A stretch of DNA of 64,000 bases from Nemertoderma westbladi (lineage: Eukaryota > Animalia > Xenacoelomorpha), in contig JAUCBJ010006611.1 in assembly GCA_032718475.1 (NCBI GenBank), positions 2,669 through 66,668 on the forward strand. The letters run 5' to 3'. The position numbers and the translations under genes were made by a program. A model generated the notes under the pieces. It had not been told where the DNA came from. It made no database searches and saw only the letters and a program-made list of their open reading frames with translations. This document shows, piece after piece, positions 1 through 12,607 of this stretch. Numbering within the stretch: the stretch's first letter is position 1; every line of letters begins with the position of its first letter.

Positions 1-859
1 GTAAAGGCGTTAATAAAATACTGCAACTTTTTTGAAATTTGTAAAATTCTAGAACTAGAAAAAATTAATTTTTGAACGGCGCTGTTTGGGGTTTCGAAAC
101 ATGGATAGGCTGAAAGAGGACATCGAATTAAGTTGAAAAATGAAAACCCCATCGAATTTGGACAAAGCGTTCCGGAGTTATAGCGGATCGAAAAAAATTG
201 ACCCCCCCCAGTCGCCAAAAATTTACAGTAATTTAAAATTTTGCAAAAAAAATTTTTTGCGTTATTTTTGATGGCGAATCGATTGGCAGTACTGGCTACG
301 AAAAATTTTTTTTGAAATTTTTGGTCAGAAAAAAAAACATGGAAAAAGTATATTCTTAAAGAGATTTGATGTCTTTGCCTATGGTCAGAGAATGATCCAA
401 CTCTGTACTTGGCAATCGCTTAAATCCATTCAGCTGAATGGCACAGTAGAGTAAACTAAAGTAAATTCCCTATACAATGTTCTGAAGGGGAGACTGACAG
501 AGAGTAATCCAACAATAAAACATTTTGCAATAATGTTGGCATTAATGTAGCCAACACACTGTGTACTAAAGTCATTCAGCTTACATTAGCAGAGGGAGAT
601 ATTCGCATAGAATGCATTGGGAAGAGTAATTCAGCTGAGGCGATTAACTAAACCAACCAGTTAATATTTGCTTTGACAGAGTGTCCTAGGGCCTAAACAA
701 ACAGTATGGGTGTACTGAGTACAATAATCTTGGCAACCTCATCGATTTATACTAAGCCTTGTGTAGAAATGCATTACATAAGCCATTTTTCATGAGGACA
801 CCAGCTGTCATTGGTGTTATTTTACCATTGCGCCTATGGCGTTTTTTCGTTTATGTCTA

Positions 860-1052
860 TTTTTCGAACCCACGGCTCATGGACGAAATAGCGGAACATA
901 CCAGGGACCTTAGAATCGCGGTATCTAGCCGCTGTGAAAATTTCATCAAAATCGTTAGAGTGGTTTTGGCTAGAGATTAGTCAGTCAGTCAGCCAGCCAG
1001 CCAGCCAGCCAGTCTCGAGCAATTCTTACAGTAATGAACCTCTCGGTTCCTA
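860..1052. mobile_element. End of a probable non-autonomous Helentron/DINE-1-like element (other end not determined)
   Basis: (TCAG/CCAG)n microsatellite at ~978-1012, then a short hairpin GAACC-TCTC-GGTTC (1036-1049) abutting an interrupted coding exon. The layout resembles HINE/DINE-1 ends. Confidence 0.4.
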
Positions 1053-1272
1053 ATAATGTTCCAAGAGTATTATAAGGTCAAAATCCTTCTCTATTTCAGT
1101 AATTACATTCTGTATTTCCGAAACATTGCTCTCATCTTCTAATATATATCCGAAATCATTAAGCATTGGGTTCACAAATCTTCTTTTGTTGAAGAAAATT
1201 TTTTCAGGTTGTTTCATGTAGGTATCGAATAACTCGCTAGGTTCTTTCTCCTCATTTGATTTTATTTGAAAA
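1050..1272 (-). CDS. Galactose-3-O-sulfotransferase-like, exon 2, ending prematurely at the insertion junction
   Basis: Acceptor tttttctctcctag|T joins in frame to the exon-1 donor (TG|gtaatt). Translates ...FVNPMLNDFGY...EIEKDFDLIILLEHY*, matching the Gal3ST N..xDxG / FDLVLIxEY region. Absent from the ORF track. Confidence 0.7.
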
Positions 1273-1597
1273 CTAGGAGAGAAAAATTCGCATTCATCAT
1301 CATCACTGTTTGGGATTTTAGAAAATATCTATTGCAATTCTTAGATGTAAAATGGTATTAATATTAACAATCACAATGCTTTACATTTGGATTCATATGG
1401 ATATGGATTGATCCAAAATTTAAAAAATATTCAATCTTACTGTACTTCTTATTAACTTGAGGTTTTAATATTGTGTCGGGCACCGTTACCGTAAATTTCG
1501 TTAAAAAATAACCAGGTTTTCTTAACGATAGTCCCGCATATATTGCGCTGAACTTTACATGGAAGCTAAAAGTATAGTAAATATAGTAAACATCACT

Positions 1598-2466
1598 TAT
1601 AGATCTAATGGAGCACAGTACGGCATGTTGGCAAGGGTCGCGACGCGAGAATAGATCTAATGGAGCGCAGTAGGGCTATTGGATCGGCTCGGGGTGCGAG
1701 GATAGATCTAATGGAGCACAACAATAAGCTGTGTTGGCTCGGTTCGGTGCGCGAGAATATATCTAATGGAGCGCAGTAGGGCGTGTTGGCTCGGTTCAGG
1801 ACTCGAAAATAGATCTAATGGAGCGCAGAAGGGCGTGTTGGCTCGGTTCAGGATGCGAGAATATATCTAATGGAGCGCAGTAGGCCGTGTTGGCTCGGTT
1901 CAGGACTCGAAAATAGATCTAATGGAGCGCAGAAGGGCGTATTGGCTCGGTTCAGGACTCGAAAATAGATCTAAAGGAGCGCAGAAGGGCGTGTTGGCTC
2001 GGTTCAGGATGCGAGAATATATCTAATGGAGCGCAGTAGGCCGTGTTGGCTCGGTTCAGGACTCGAAAATAGATCTAATGGAGCGCAGTAGGGCGTGTTG
2101 GCTCGGTTCAGGACTCGAAAATAGATCTAATGGAGCGCAGAAGGGCGTATTGGCTCGGTTCAGGACTCGAAAATAGATCTAAAGGAGCGCAGAAGGGCGT
2201 GTTGGCTCGGTTCAGGACTCGAAAATAGATCTAATGGAGCGCAGAAGGGCGTGTTGGCTCGGTTCAGGACTCGAAAATAGATCTAATGGAGCGCAGAAGG
2301 GCGTGTTGGCTCGGTTCAGGACTCGAAAATAGATCTAATGGAGCGCAGTAGGGCGTATTGGCTCGGTTCAGGACTCGAAAATAGATCCAATGGAGCGCAG
2401 AAGGGCGTATTGGCTCGGTTCAGGACTCGAAAATAGATCTAAAGGAGCGCAGAAGGGCGTGTTGGC
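1598..2466. repeat. 52-bp tandem satellite, block 1 (~17 units)
   Basis: Unit atagatctaatggagcgcagaagggcgtgttggctcggttcaggactcgaaa; the outer units are more diverged. Confidence 0.95.
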
Positions 2467-2749
2467 CTGCTACCGGTAGGCCTACTGGTAAAATCAGTAC
2501 AGCAGTGTTTTATGTGAAGTAAATAATCTTAATTTTGCGACATCTTATAAGCAACTAAATTTATAATGTATGAAAAGACCAAATGAAATTCAATATTAAT
2601 TTTCACCTGTTTGCATGGATGGTTGTTTTTAGGTTATCTTTCATTTGGCAGTCCATCGGTCCAGTTCGCCACTCTTTCGATTCAGTTCGGTTCAGTTCGG
2701 TCCAGTTCGGTCCAGATTCGAGTACAGAACTATCCTTATAAATGCGTTG

Positions 2750-4087
2750 ATATAGATGAAAGCGAATATGAGGAACATGATGTATTTTTGAAAACAGCAA
2801 ATATTGAAATACTTAAAAATAAATTGGGTAAAATTCAAACAAATACAGTCAATTTGCCCAAAGTGGAACCGATAATATTACAAACAAAAATAAATGATAA
2901 GACAATGGAAATGGAATTCGATCCAGGTGCTAAACACAGCGTGATACCGAATACAATTTATAGAGAAAAATTCAGTGAATTGAAACTAAGTCGAGGCAAT
3001 ACAAAACATGCAAATACCTTCATCTAAAAAGGAATTACAGAGTGTACTGGCTACAACGAATTACTTACGTCGGTATGTACGTACACAATTACGCAGAGAT
3101 TTCACGTCCGTTATATGATTTATTGAAAGGTGATGGTCATTTATCATGGAATGACATGGCCACATACAGTTACAAGGTATTAAAGGAAGCGATAGTCAAA
3201 TCGACTCTCTTACACCATTTCAATCCAAAAGAAATACCAATAGTCATTACAGATGCATCCGAATACACGGTATCGGCTATATTAGGACAAGAAAACAATG
3301 GAGGATTTCGACCAATAGCATTTTTATCAGCAAAACTTGATAAAAGACAGCAAAACTATTCTCAACTCGATAGAGAAGGTTTAGCTATTATATATGGGGT
3401 TCGAAAATTCAAGCATTATATACTAGGAAGAAAGTTTAAGTTGATAACTGATAATAGTCCTCTGAAGAGAATTTTATCACCATCGAAGTCATTATCTTCG
3501 ACTACATTATCACGATTACAACATTGGGCGGTTGAACTTGCTGCATATGATTACACAGTTACAAGTGTACGATCACAAGAGAATATTGCAGATGCGCTCT
3601 CTCGTCTTACACCGAAAACGACAAACATTTTACAAAGATGTCGATATTGAATTACATAGTACTGATTTACAGCAGCAACAAATGGTAAATGTATTTCCTA
3701 TAAACAAAAAGAAATTACAGGAGGAAACAGAAAAGGATGCAGTGTTGCATCACTTTAAACGAAGTATAGAATGTGGTGAACGTATACATGGATTGAAAGG
3801 AACTCCCAAGTTACAGAATTACAAATCCATTGAAAACGAATTAACGGTACACGATGGTATTATTATGAGAGGTGGTACTGTAGAGTTGTGATTCCAAACA
3901 ATTTACAACATAAAATTCTTAATGAGTTGATACGGCTCATGTTGGTCAATCAAGAATGATGTACCAATCTTCAGAAGTTTGTTGGTGGCCTGGTATCAAA
4001 GAAGATATAAAGTTATACATAGAATCATGTATCCCATGCCAACAACACGCAAACTCACCAACACCGACTTATGAATCACTACCTATT
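2750..4087 (+). pseudogene. Ty3/Gypsy pol fragment (protease remnant, RT C-terminus/RNase H, integrase Zn-binding part)
   Basis: MEMEFDPGAKHSVI (protease-like); TDASEYTVSAIL, YSQLDREGLAIIYGVRKF, ADALSR (RNase H); H-x-G...WWPG...CIPC at ~3940-4040. Frameshifted, RT core missing, no LTRs. Confidence 0.85.
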
Positions 4088-4902
4088 AAGGGCGTGTTGG
4101 CTCGGTTGAGGACTCGAAAATAGATCTAATGGAGCGCAGAAGGGCGTGTTGGCTCGGTTGAGGACTCGAAAATAGATCTAATGGAGCGCAGAAGGGCGTG
4201 TTGGCTCGGTTCAGGACTCGAAAATAGATCTAATGGAGCGCAGAACGGCGTGTTGGCTCGGTTCAGGACTCGAAAATAGATCTAATGGAGCGCAGAACGG
4301 CGTGTTGGCTCGGTTGAGGACTCGAAAATAGATCTAATGGAGCGCAGAAGGGCGTGTTGGCTCGGTTCAGGACTCGAAAATAGATATAATGGAGCGCAGA
4401 ACGGCGTGTTGGCTCGGTTCAGGACTCGAAAATAGATCTAATGGAGCGCAGAACGGCGTGTTGGCTCGGTTGAGGACTCGAAAATAGATCTAATGGAGCG
4501 CAGAAGGGCGTGTTGGCTCGGTTGAGGACTCGAAAATAGATATAATGGAGCGCAGAAGGGCGTGTTGGCTCGGTTCAGGACTCGAAAATAGATCTAATGG
4601 AGCGCAGAAGGGCGTGTTGGCTCGGTTCAGGACTCGAAAATAGATCTAATGGAGCGCAGAACGGCGTGTTGGCTCGGTTCAGGACTCGAAAATAGATCTA
4701 AAGGAGCGCAGAAGGGCGTGTTGGCTCGGTTCAGGACTCGAAAATAGATCTAATGGAGCGCAGAACGGCGTGTTGGCTCGGTTCAGGACGCGAGAATAGA
4801 TCTAATGGAGCGCAGAAGGGCGTGTTGGCTCGGTTGATGACTCGAAAATAGAGCTAATGGAGCGCAGAACGGCGTGTTGGCTCGGTTCAGGACGCGAGAA
4901 TA
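4088..4902. repeat. 52-bp tandem satellite, block 2 (~15 units)
   Basis: Same unit as 1598-2466. Confidence 0.95.
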
Positions 4903-5209
4903 ATTACAATTCAATTCAATGTATTTAATCAGATAAACGGACATATAAAAAAATAAAACTGCAAAAATGCGGTTACTAGAATCGCACAGATAACGTTAAG
5001 AATAAATAAAATTAATGTTCACAGTTAATAAAAGATTGAACCCATGCAATGTAGTAGTAGCAAAAGGTGCATTGTGGGGTTTAATATTATTACTCCAGGG
5101 CAATGTATGTCCATGGAAAAGTACTGATTGTCGAGTGTTTCGTTTCAAAATTTACCCCCGCCGTATCATAAATCCCCTTTACAAAGTTTTCGCTTGCTAC
5201 TTCTTTAAT
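4903..5209 (-). mobile_element. Probable 5'-truncated non-LTR retroelement 3' end
   Basis: Flanked by a 14-bp direct repeat aggacgcgagaata (4889-4902 / 5210-5223); the minus strand ends in a (TTGAA)n-like tail. Confidence 0.5.
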
Positions 5210-5396
5210 AGGACGCGAGAATAGATCTAATGGAGTGTAGTAGGGAGTGTTGGCACGGTTCTGGACTCGAAAATAGATCCAATGGAGAGCAGTATGGCGT
5301 GTTGGCTCGGCTCGGGGCGCGAGAATAGATCTAATGGAGTGTAGTAGGGAGTGTTGGCTCGGCTAGGGGCGCGAGAATATATCAAATGGAGCACAG
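5210..5396. repeat. 52-bp satellite, diverged terminal units
   Basis: 3-4 degenerate copies of the unit. Confidence 0.85.
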
Positions 5397-6177
5397 TGTT
5401 CCCAATTGGTTCTGATCTGATTCTATTTTAGTTAACTATAATTTCGACCAAAGCATCTCCCTATGTTGTTCACTAAAATTATCAAAAAAAATCCGTCACC
5501 ATCGTCACCAGTTTTATCAAATGGGACATTAAAGACGGCCCCTAGGCCTAAACCAATAAAATTGTATAAAAGTCTTTAAAATTGGAGACTGTTTGTGGTT
5601 TTTAATGTTTTGCGACACTACTTTATATTTTTGTAATTTTATAAAATATATTGGATTTGCTGTGGTCCCAGTGTTCCCAAATGGGAACAGGTCTTTTTTG
5701 TGAAAACTAACAGGCACAATTTTTTTTACAAATTTAAATTGACTCGAATTGAAACTGTTTCGAAAATTTCAACAAATTTGCTCAGATTTAAAGAGGGTTG
5801 GGAAATAGAAGGTTAAAACTGTGACAATTCAACACTATTGAGAGCTCAACTAACTGATGAACATGACTGCATATGAAATGTACTGTAGGCCTATTACGTT
5901 TGTTAAAAAAGTTTGTTAAGTTTGTGAATTTTTGGCTTTGGGGTGGAGAGATCAAATGGAGCCAGTATATTGAGAAGATGCGAATTTTTCTGCAATGCAC
6001 TGCACATTGCACAATGCACTGAGTCACAAACTGCGGGTCAATGTAATTTATGATATCGTATAGACGGACCGGATCTCACGGGGACCGAATAATCCAGCAA
6101 TGAATTACATATTTTTATTACAATATTTGTGTTCTCTATTATTTTTAGACATACATATTATTAGGTGCAGATCAATA

Positions 6178-6178
6178 T

Positions 6179-6207
<29 letters not shown>
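6178..6207. repeat. Poly-C homopolymer (~30 nt)
   Basis: Seen directly. Confidence 0.9.
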
Positions 6208-6210
<3 letters not shown>

Positions 6211-7659
6211 ATCCCTACTCACCCAGCTAATTCCCCTGGAGCCTAATATTGCTCTCAGAGGACATTTAATTATCTTTTTTACTTTTATTTTTATGAGGAA
6301 TTTAATCATATTATTGTTGTTTGTTCTAAAATAATAATTGTTGAACCTTTTAACAGTCATAAATGATCATTAACTAAGGATTTTATTTAAAGGTAATTAT
6401 AATGGTTTGTTGTACAGTATATTTGTGTTAGTAATATATCATCCATCATCTTGGTCATTAGTTGGGTGGAAACAATAACGGAGGATGCGAGATACAAATA
6501 CAGTATAATAAATAATGATAAAATGATTTTATAATGCTTATAGCAGTTGGCAGGTTTTTTGGACTTTCAGAAGTGATCAGATCAGACAAACGTCCTTGCC
6601 GTTTCCGAAATCCGAATTCAAAAGTAGGCCTACTGTGTTAACAACAAACTGAATCGGTTCGGTAGGCCTACAGTAGCTACTGCAGTACGGTACGGAATCA
6701 CGTAATTTCCTTAGTAACAGAGGTAGACACGCTGACAGAGCCAGAAGTAGAAAGATGGCCGAGCGCGGCGTAATTTCCTTAGATACGGCTATCAGTGGAT
6801 ATTATTTTGATTATTTCGAATTTAAGGAAGCCTATGTAGATAATCGGAAATTTTTGAAGCCATCTACTATTTGTTAGTAGACTACTGTGTGTGGGATTGT
6901 TTTCTGACTGTAGGTTAGTTTTTCCGACTGTTGGAACAGTAGGTCTTTTTGACTGTTGGTGAGTTTTTCTGACTGTTGGTAGGTATTTTTGACTGTTGTC
7001 CCCAATACTATAGTATTGTCCTTAATTCGATCTATCCTGTTAGAAGTAGGATTACTGGAAAGTTGACTTTTGAAAACGACCTCATGTTGCCATGGTAAAA
7101 TGGGGCCCATAAATTATGTTGCAAATTTGGTTCCCCTTAAAAAATGAAAGGTATGGTAATTACCTACACCTGTGCCAATTTTGGTACTTTTGTCAAGAAT
7201 GTCCACATGGACCTTAATATTGAAGTTAAAGCGACTTGAATAAGCCATTGGATTGTACTCTACAGTTTTTAATGCACTACCAGTATTCAGCGTCTAAGAA
7301 CCATAATCATTTTATGTATATCTAACTCGCTTCCCTCGCTCGGCATATAAATACACTCGGTCCCTCTGGTCATAACGCTGCAAAGTGGTACTTTGCACAC
7401 AATTACTGTACGGTACCGTATGTAAATACTGTACTGTAAATGTAATTTTCTTGATTGTTGAGTATGTCACAGCTGCATGTGGAGAATAGTTAATGTAATT
7501 GTTCTGTGGGGTGGGGGCAAGTTTTCTCCAGTGACAATTCTTATTGACAGGGGGTAATTATCCCAGTTCCCATATTATTTTATTTTTATACAATTTTTTA
7601 ATTAAGATTTCAGGCTACGAACGATGTCATAAATTAATTGCCCCTTTGACCTTAATTAC

Positions 7660-8147
7660 CATTTTTTAAAGTAATGGAATTTGATGTACGACGTCGTCAA
7701 TGTGGCAGGATCCCGTATGTTAGAAATATACTTTGTACCGACTGGCATAACATGCTTAATCCTTCTATTGTAGCGCAAGTGTAGAAAAGAAACATTAGGG
7801 TGCTGTGTGTAGGTATTGAGATCTATAGTATCCCACCAATCTGTCCACCAGACATTTGAAACAGTGTAGCCAGAGACTACATTGCTTGGCATCAACGGTG
7901 TCAGTTTGTTCCAGAATGCATGATTAGTAAACATGGATATTGTCGAAGATGTCCCTGTTTTGTGTGTTTTTAACCAAAATATATTCATCACTCGCCGACA
8001 AGTTTTATCTGTAACAGTAACATCATTATCGATATAATTGGCGTTATTTAATTCATAGAAAGTCGTCGTCGTTATTAATCTGTATACTGTGAACCACAAT
8101 ACCGTAGCCACCAATAACAAGATACGTTTGATACGAAATATTCTCAT
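7660..8147 (-). CDS. Galactose-3-O-sulfotransferase-like, exon 1
   Basis: N-terminal type II TM segment, IFWLKTHKTGTSST (PAPS-binding PSB loop), HLRYN and IRDP motifs; GT donor at 7659. Confidence 0.85.
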
Positions 8148-9814
8148 TATGCAGCAATAATATTAATGTATAAACTGAACTATGATTTTTCACTTTCTAT
8201 CAGGATTTTTTTCAAATTTTTGTCGGTGAAAATCTTTGTGAAACTTTTCGATTTGACTGAAAAGTTTAAACGGTTGTTCACCTGAATGTAAGACCCGATG
8301 ACTCAAAAACCTCAGATTCAGAAATATATGATAATTATTCTGTTGGGTTTTATCTTGAAAATATAAAAACCCTGTGCGAGTGTGAATAAAACTCACGATT
8401 AATCGCCATCGTACGAGCAATTCTCATTTGTACTATTTCTACGATTAATCGTTGCAACGATTAATCGTATGTTTGATGTGAATGAAATCGCACGTTGTCA
8501 AGATTGATTGTAGAAATTTGACGATTAATCGTGAAAAAGATTAATCGTATTGCTATTGTGAATAAAATGTATCTTCACTACTAGTCGAGTCAATCTAGCA
8601 AAAACCCAGTATATCAAAAGTATTTCGTAATCAACCCGAATCACATATTTTGGATTCTACAGTATATACCTTGTTTATTTTGCTTATTTGTTTATTAATT
8701 TTATTTTGCGGATCATATTTATGTTTATTCATGGAAATTCTGCGGAAAATTTTTGGAAAATTTTTATTGATTTTAATCACGTTTTAGAACGAAAAAATTA
8801 AATTGAATTAAATAGAATCCACATTTTTTCTAAAAAATGTTCTAGAACAAAAATTATTTGATCAAGAACATAATTTATTTTTAATTAATAGCTAACATGT
8901 TCTGGAACATTTTCTATACAAATAGCAATAATAACTACAACTGTAGCTACTACCAAATATTTACAGAAGGAAGTAGGATGTTGGAACCAGTGACGAAATT
9001 ACTAGCTACAATAAACCTACCTAAAACGCTAGATACCATCAAAATGTAGTTAGTTTCTTATGCTTAACGATGAGACTTCAATTACGTCCGTTGACCAAAT
9101 TCCAGCAAATTAAAACTTATAGAACTCTCCCCATATCCTAAATATTATTTTAAAAAATTATTATCTTTTAATTATTAAACATGAATTGTGTGTGAGGCAC
9201 AATAGAACTGTACAATAAATACACGATATTGGTCAATATTTTATTTATTATATATACATGTAGTATAATACAAACACTAAATTTAAGTAGCACCTATTCT
9301 GTGTGAGGCACCAGATGGGAACTTAAATCGCATACAAAGCAGGGATTTATATTAATTCCAAATACGTCCCAACTCTTTATATAACCCTACAAACACTAAA
9401 TTTAATTAGCGCCAATTTTGTCTTAGGCACCAGATGGACCCTTAAATCACATACAAAGCAGGAGGTTAATATAACTCTTATAATATAATCGATAAGAGCT
9501 ATAGGCCTACCCCTATGACTTATACTGCGCCATCCGGTTGTGTAGCACCCACCATTCCCATTCGCTGTGCCATAGGTCAGGACCGACCCTTCCTTCACCT
9601 TACTGCTGTTTTGTACATCATTGCCTACCGGTTGTTGTGCCTGTGTCATTCATATTACCGCAATACCGTGTTTGTGCTGCATACCTATCGGTCCCATTAT
9701 ACTGTTATTTGAGTTGTGATACATCTAAGTTTGTCTTTGTTGCTGTTCATACACCAGCTTCTCCTTTACCTTGGCGTGGTTGCACCTTGCGTTCGATCTC
9801 CACTGCCTTGGTTC

Positions 9815-10457
9815 TTTTCGGGGAATCGCATTGATCTCGATTGCTGCAAAGCTATACAATAGAATTATATTAAATCGCATCAGGGATCCCATTGAGAGAC
9901 TGCTCCGTGGATATCAGAATGGGTTCCGTAAAGGTCGTGGGACCATGGAGCCCATTTTGGCACTTACAGTAGAAATTGAAGAGTTATCAAAAAAAGAAAG
10001 AGTACTCCATAGCGAGATATTCATCCGGTCTGGTGATAACCAGAAGTTTGAAACCTAGGTACCGGGTTCGAGCCCCAATTGGGCCGGTTGATATTTTTCG
10101 CTATGGAGAGCATTATCATATTGTCTTATTTCAGTATTTACATTGTATATTTAATACACCGCGTCACTCACCCCACAACAGTTCACTTATTATTATTAAA
10201 AAAGAAAGACAGGCATCTGGCTGTTATCTTTGTTGATTTCTTCAATGCCTTTGATTCAGTCTCTCGCTCACGCCTCACGTATGTTCAGCATACTTTCATT
10301 ATATGGGATTCCTGATGAAATTATGGCAGCAATCAGATCAGTATACGTTGGTTCGAAAACATTATTGTGTCTACTGTTGATGGTGACACAGAACCATGCC
10401 TCCAGGCATGGTCGGGCACGGGCGTCCTCCAGGGAGACACGCTGTTTGCACCATTCT
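9815..10457 (+). pseudogene. RTE-like LINE reverse transcriptase fragment
   Basis: FRGIALISIAAKLYNR...QNGFRKGR, FVDFxxAFDSV, GVLQG-like motifs; same family as 38851-39313. Confidence 0.85.
10002..10197 (+). mobile_element. tRNA-derived SINE-like insertion
   Basis: 12-bp TSD aaaaaagaaaga (9990-10001 / 10198-10209), B-box-like GGTTCGAGCCC, (TTA)n tail. Absent from the homologous LINE copy at ~38895. Confidence 0.75.
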
Positions 10458-11038
10458 GAAATTGGCTGAAATTCTTTATTTTGCATACCGTAGATTTAAT
10501 AAATAAAAATATAGCTAATAAATAATAATAATAATGATACAGAATAATAATTTCCTAAACAGTAAGAAAAGCACTAAAATTATATCATTGAGATAATTAA
10601 TATAAGTAGTTATAATGGTTGGATGCACAGATTTCAATGCTAGACAAACACACCAACCATGAATTGCACGTGCATGATAGACTCTAACTGAAGCTGCTGC
10701 TTATTTGTTTAACAATAAGTTATTATGGTTTCCAGTGTCAAATAAAAATGTTTCATTGGCATTAGCGATGAAATATAACATAATTAGAGATTTGTAGAAC
10801 TTGAAATAATATACTTTAAAATATGGTGAGGGTTACTGTTAAAGTAACGATTTCCTTATTTTTGGCATGTAGTTTGGGGCGTTTTTTTCCCACCTTTTTT
10901 CAGGGAAAAAATGGCCCATAACCAAGCCTTGCCCATAACTCGTCTAAAACAGCCTTGTGTACGATACTTAAAGGAGGCCCTTATTAAAAAATGATTTCTA
11001 AATGTGTAGTGAGCTGGTGAGCTGGGAAGAGTTCTGAT

Positions 11039-12607
11039 TTACGAAAGCAAATAACCATTATTATTAAATATGAAACTGTTATGCGATAATATCAAATGGA
11101 TAACACCCATCTGTTTTTCAAGATTCTCGTATCCCGGTTTCTTGAATAGAGTAGGAGAGAAGATGATAGCCAACTGCCTAACGCCCATCTTATTAACCTG
11201 TTCATGAGATGCTATCCGTACCAGATGGGCTGTCAGATACTTCAACGTCTCGTAATGCGACTCAGGTAATTCGTGAATTAATTGTTTTAAGGTATGCAGC
11301 TGATCCTGAAAGACCGGCAGACGGAGACAATCCATAAATGCGGTGTAACTGCTTTCAGTCATCAAGGAATCCGGTAGTTCGCGTATAAATGATTTTAATA
11401 GTTCAGCTACTATGTGTACATCATCAATGGATGGGTTCTCTGTTGTTCCCAAAAGGCGGAATTTTTTCATAGTCTCGACAACATCACAACCTTTATCCAA
11501 ATCCTTTTTTATTGTTGCAATAGTTTCTTTGTTTCCTGAGAGTCGGTATATGTGTTCAGTGTTGAGTCCAACTTTGTCAATTATCGTTACTAAAGTTTCA
11601 ACAAATTTTGGAACCTTACAGTTAACTGAAGACCCTTCGCATTCTTCCAAAGGTAGAATATAGTGTTTGTCGCTGCTTTCTGACGAATTTTTCGAGCGTT
11701 TTCCATTATTTACTAGGTAATTTTTAGCTCTCTGAAGAAAACTTAAATGGTATGGTTTTTTTATTGGCGGAGTAAAGCGTTCTTCATTGATATTCGCCCC
11801 TTGCTGGGGTCTGCATAGGCGATCCAATTCGTCTGGTTGATCGGGAATGCGGTCCCCTTGAGAACATAGACTCATGGAATTCACCCAAATCATCATGAGG
11901 TACTTGTCGGCGGCTTGGAATAAAAATTCAGAGGATACCTCATCACCTCGGCATCCAATCTCATTTGTTTTAATACGGAACACGTGTTTCCTTTTAGACT
12001 TTGGGTCTTCGACAACCTCGATATCGCAATCAGTAATATCAGCCCTGTGATCCTTAATATAACCGAGATGCATCAAATTCCGAGCGCCAACATTTGGGAA
12101 TCTCCCGTCGCATGAAAACTCAGGAGGGTTTCGCACTTCCAAAATATTGCCTTCCAGGGTAACTCTTAATTTAGACCAAAAAGACAATTTCCTGATGTCA
12201 TCCCCTCCGAGTCGTATTACCTTAGCCATGAGCTCTCCTTGCATCACGGTTAATCCATCGTCCTCGTCGTCTGACGTTATTGTTTCTCCGAGTGGCGGCT
12301 TCTTCCTCAGTATCACGGGAGTTTGGCAGGACGCCGAGACGGGATCATCCAACAGGGATCCGCGATGGGGCGCACCCGAATCGTCGGATCTGCGATCTCG
12401 GACCATCTCCGTGACCTCACGGATGGCCCCGACACACAGACTGCCTGTGTTGGAACGATGGGGAATCCGTTCGGGAAGGACGCCTTCTGTGTAACTTTTG
12501 GCGATCTGCTCAACACCGATGTTTTTCTGCCCAATTCTATTTCCCGGTATGGAGATAGGGGGCGTTTTTCTGCAAAAAGGTCTAGCGTCATTTCTTTGAG
12601 AAGACAT
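11039..12607 (-). CDS. PH + RhoGAP domain protein (ARHGAP21/23-like), single exon
   Basis: 522-aa ORF; PH C-terminus KRKHVFRI...FLFQAADKYLMMIWV; RhoGAP VPKFV...IYRLSGN (arginine finger), LLKSFIRELP, NKMGVRQLAIIFSPTL. Confidence 0.85.
   Translation of the reverse strand: MSSQRNDARPFCRKTPPISIPGNRIGQKNIGVEQIAKSYTEGVLPERIPHRSNTGSLCVGAIREVTEMVRDRRSDDSGAPHRGSLLDDPVSASCQTPVILRKKPPLGETITSDDEDDGLTVMQGELMAKVIRLGGDDIRKLSFWSKLRVTLEGNILEVRNPPEFSCDGRFPNVGARNLMHLGYIKDHRADITDCDIEVVEDPKSKRKHVFRIKTNEIGCRGDEVSSEFLFQAADKYLMMIWVNSMSLCSQGDRIPDQPDELDRLCRPQQGANINEERFTPPIKKPYHLSFLQRAKNYLVNNGKRSKNSSESSDKHYILPLEECEGSSVNCKVPKFVETLVTIIDKVGLNTEHIYRLSGNKETIATIKKDLDKGCDVVETMKKFRLLGTTENPSIDDVHIVAELLKSFIRELPDSLMTESSYTAFMDCLRLPVFQDQLHTLKQLIHELPESHYETLKYLTAHLVRIASHEQVNKMGVRQLAIIFSPTLFKKPGYENLEKQMGVIHLILSHNSFIFNNNGYLLS

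Noticed and set aside
1598-5396. CRISPR-like array
   Set aside because: Head-to-tail units with no unique spacers, eukaryotic context and no cas genes.
6172-6360. Gly-rich ORF
   Set aside because: The poly-Gly is only the poly-C run read on the minus strand.
8370-8565. MITE with repeated CGATTAATCG palindromes
   Set aside because: Subrepeats are visible, but TIRs and TSD could not be defined.
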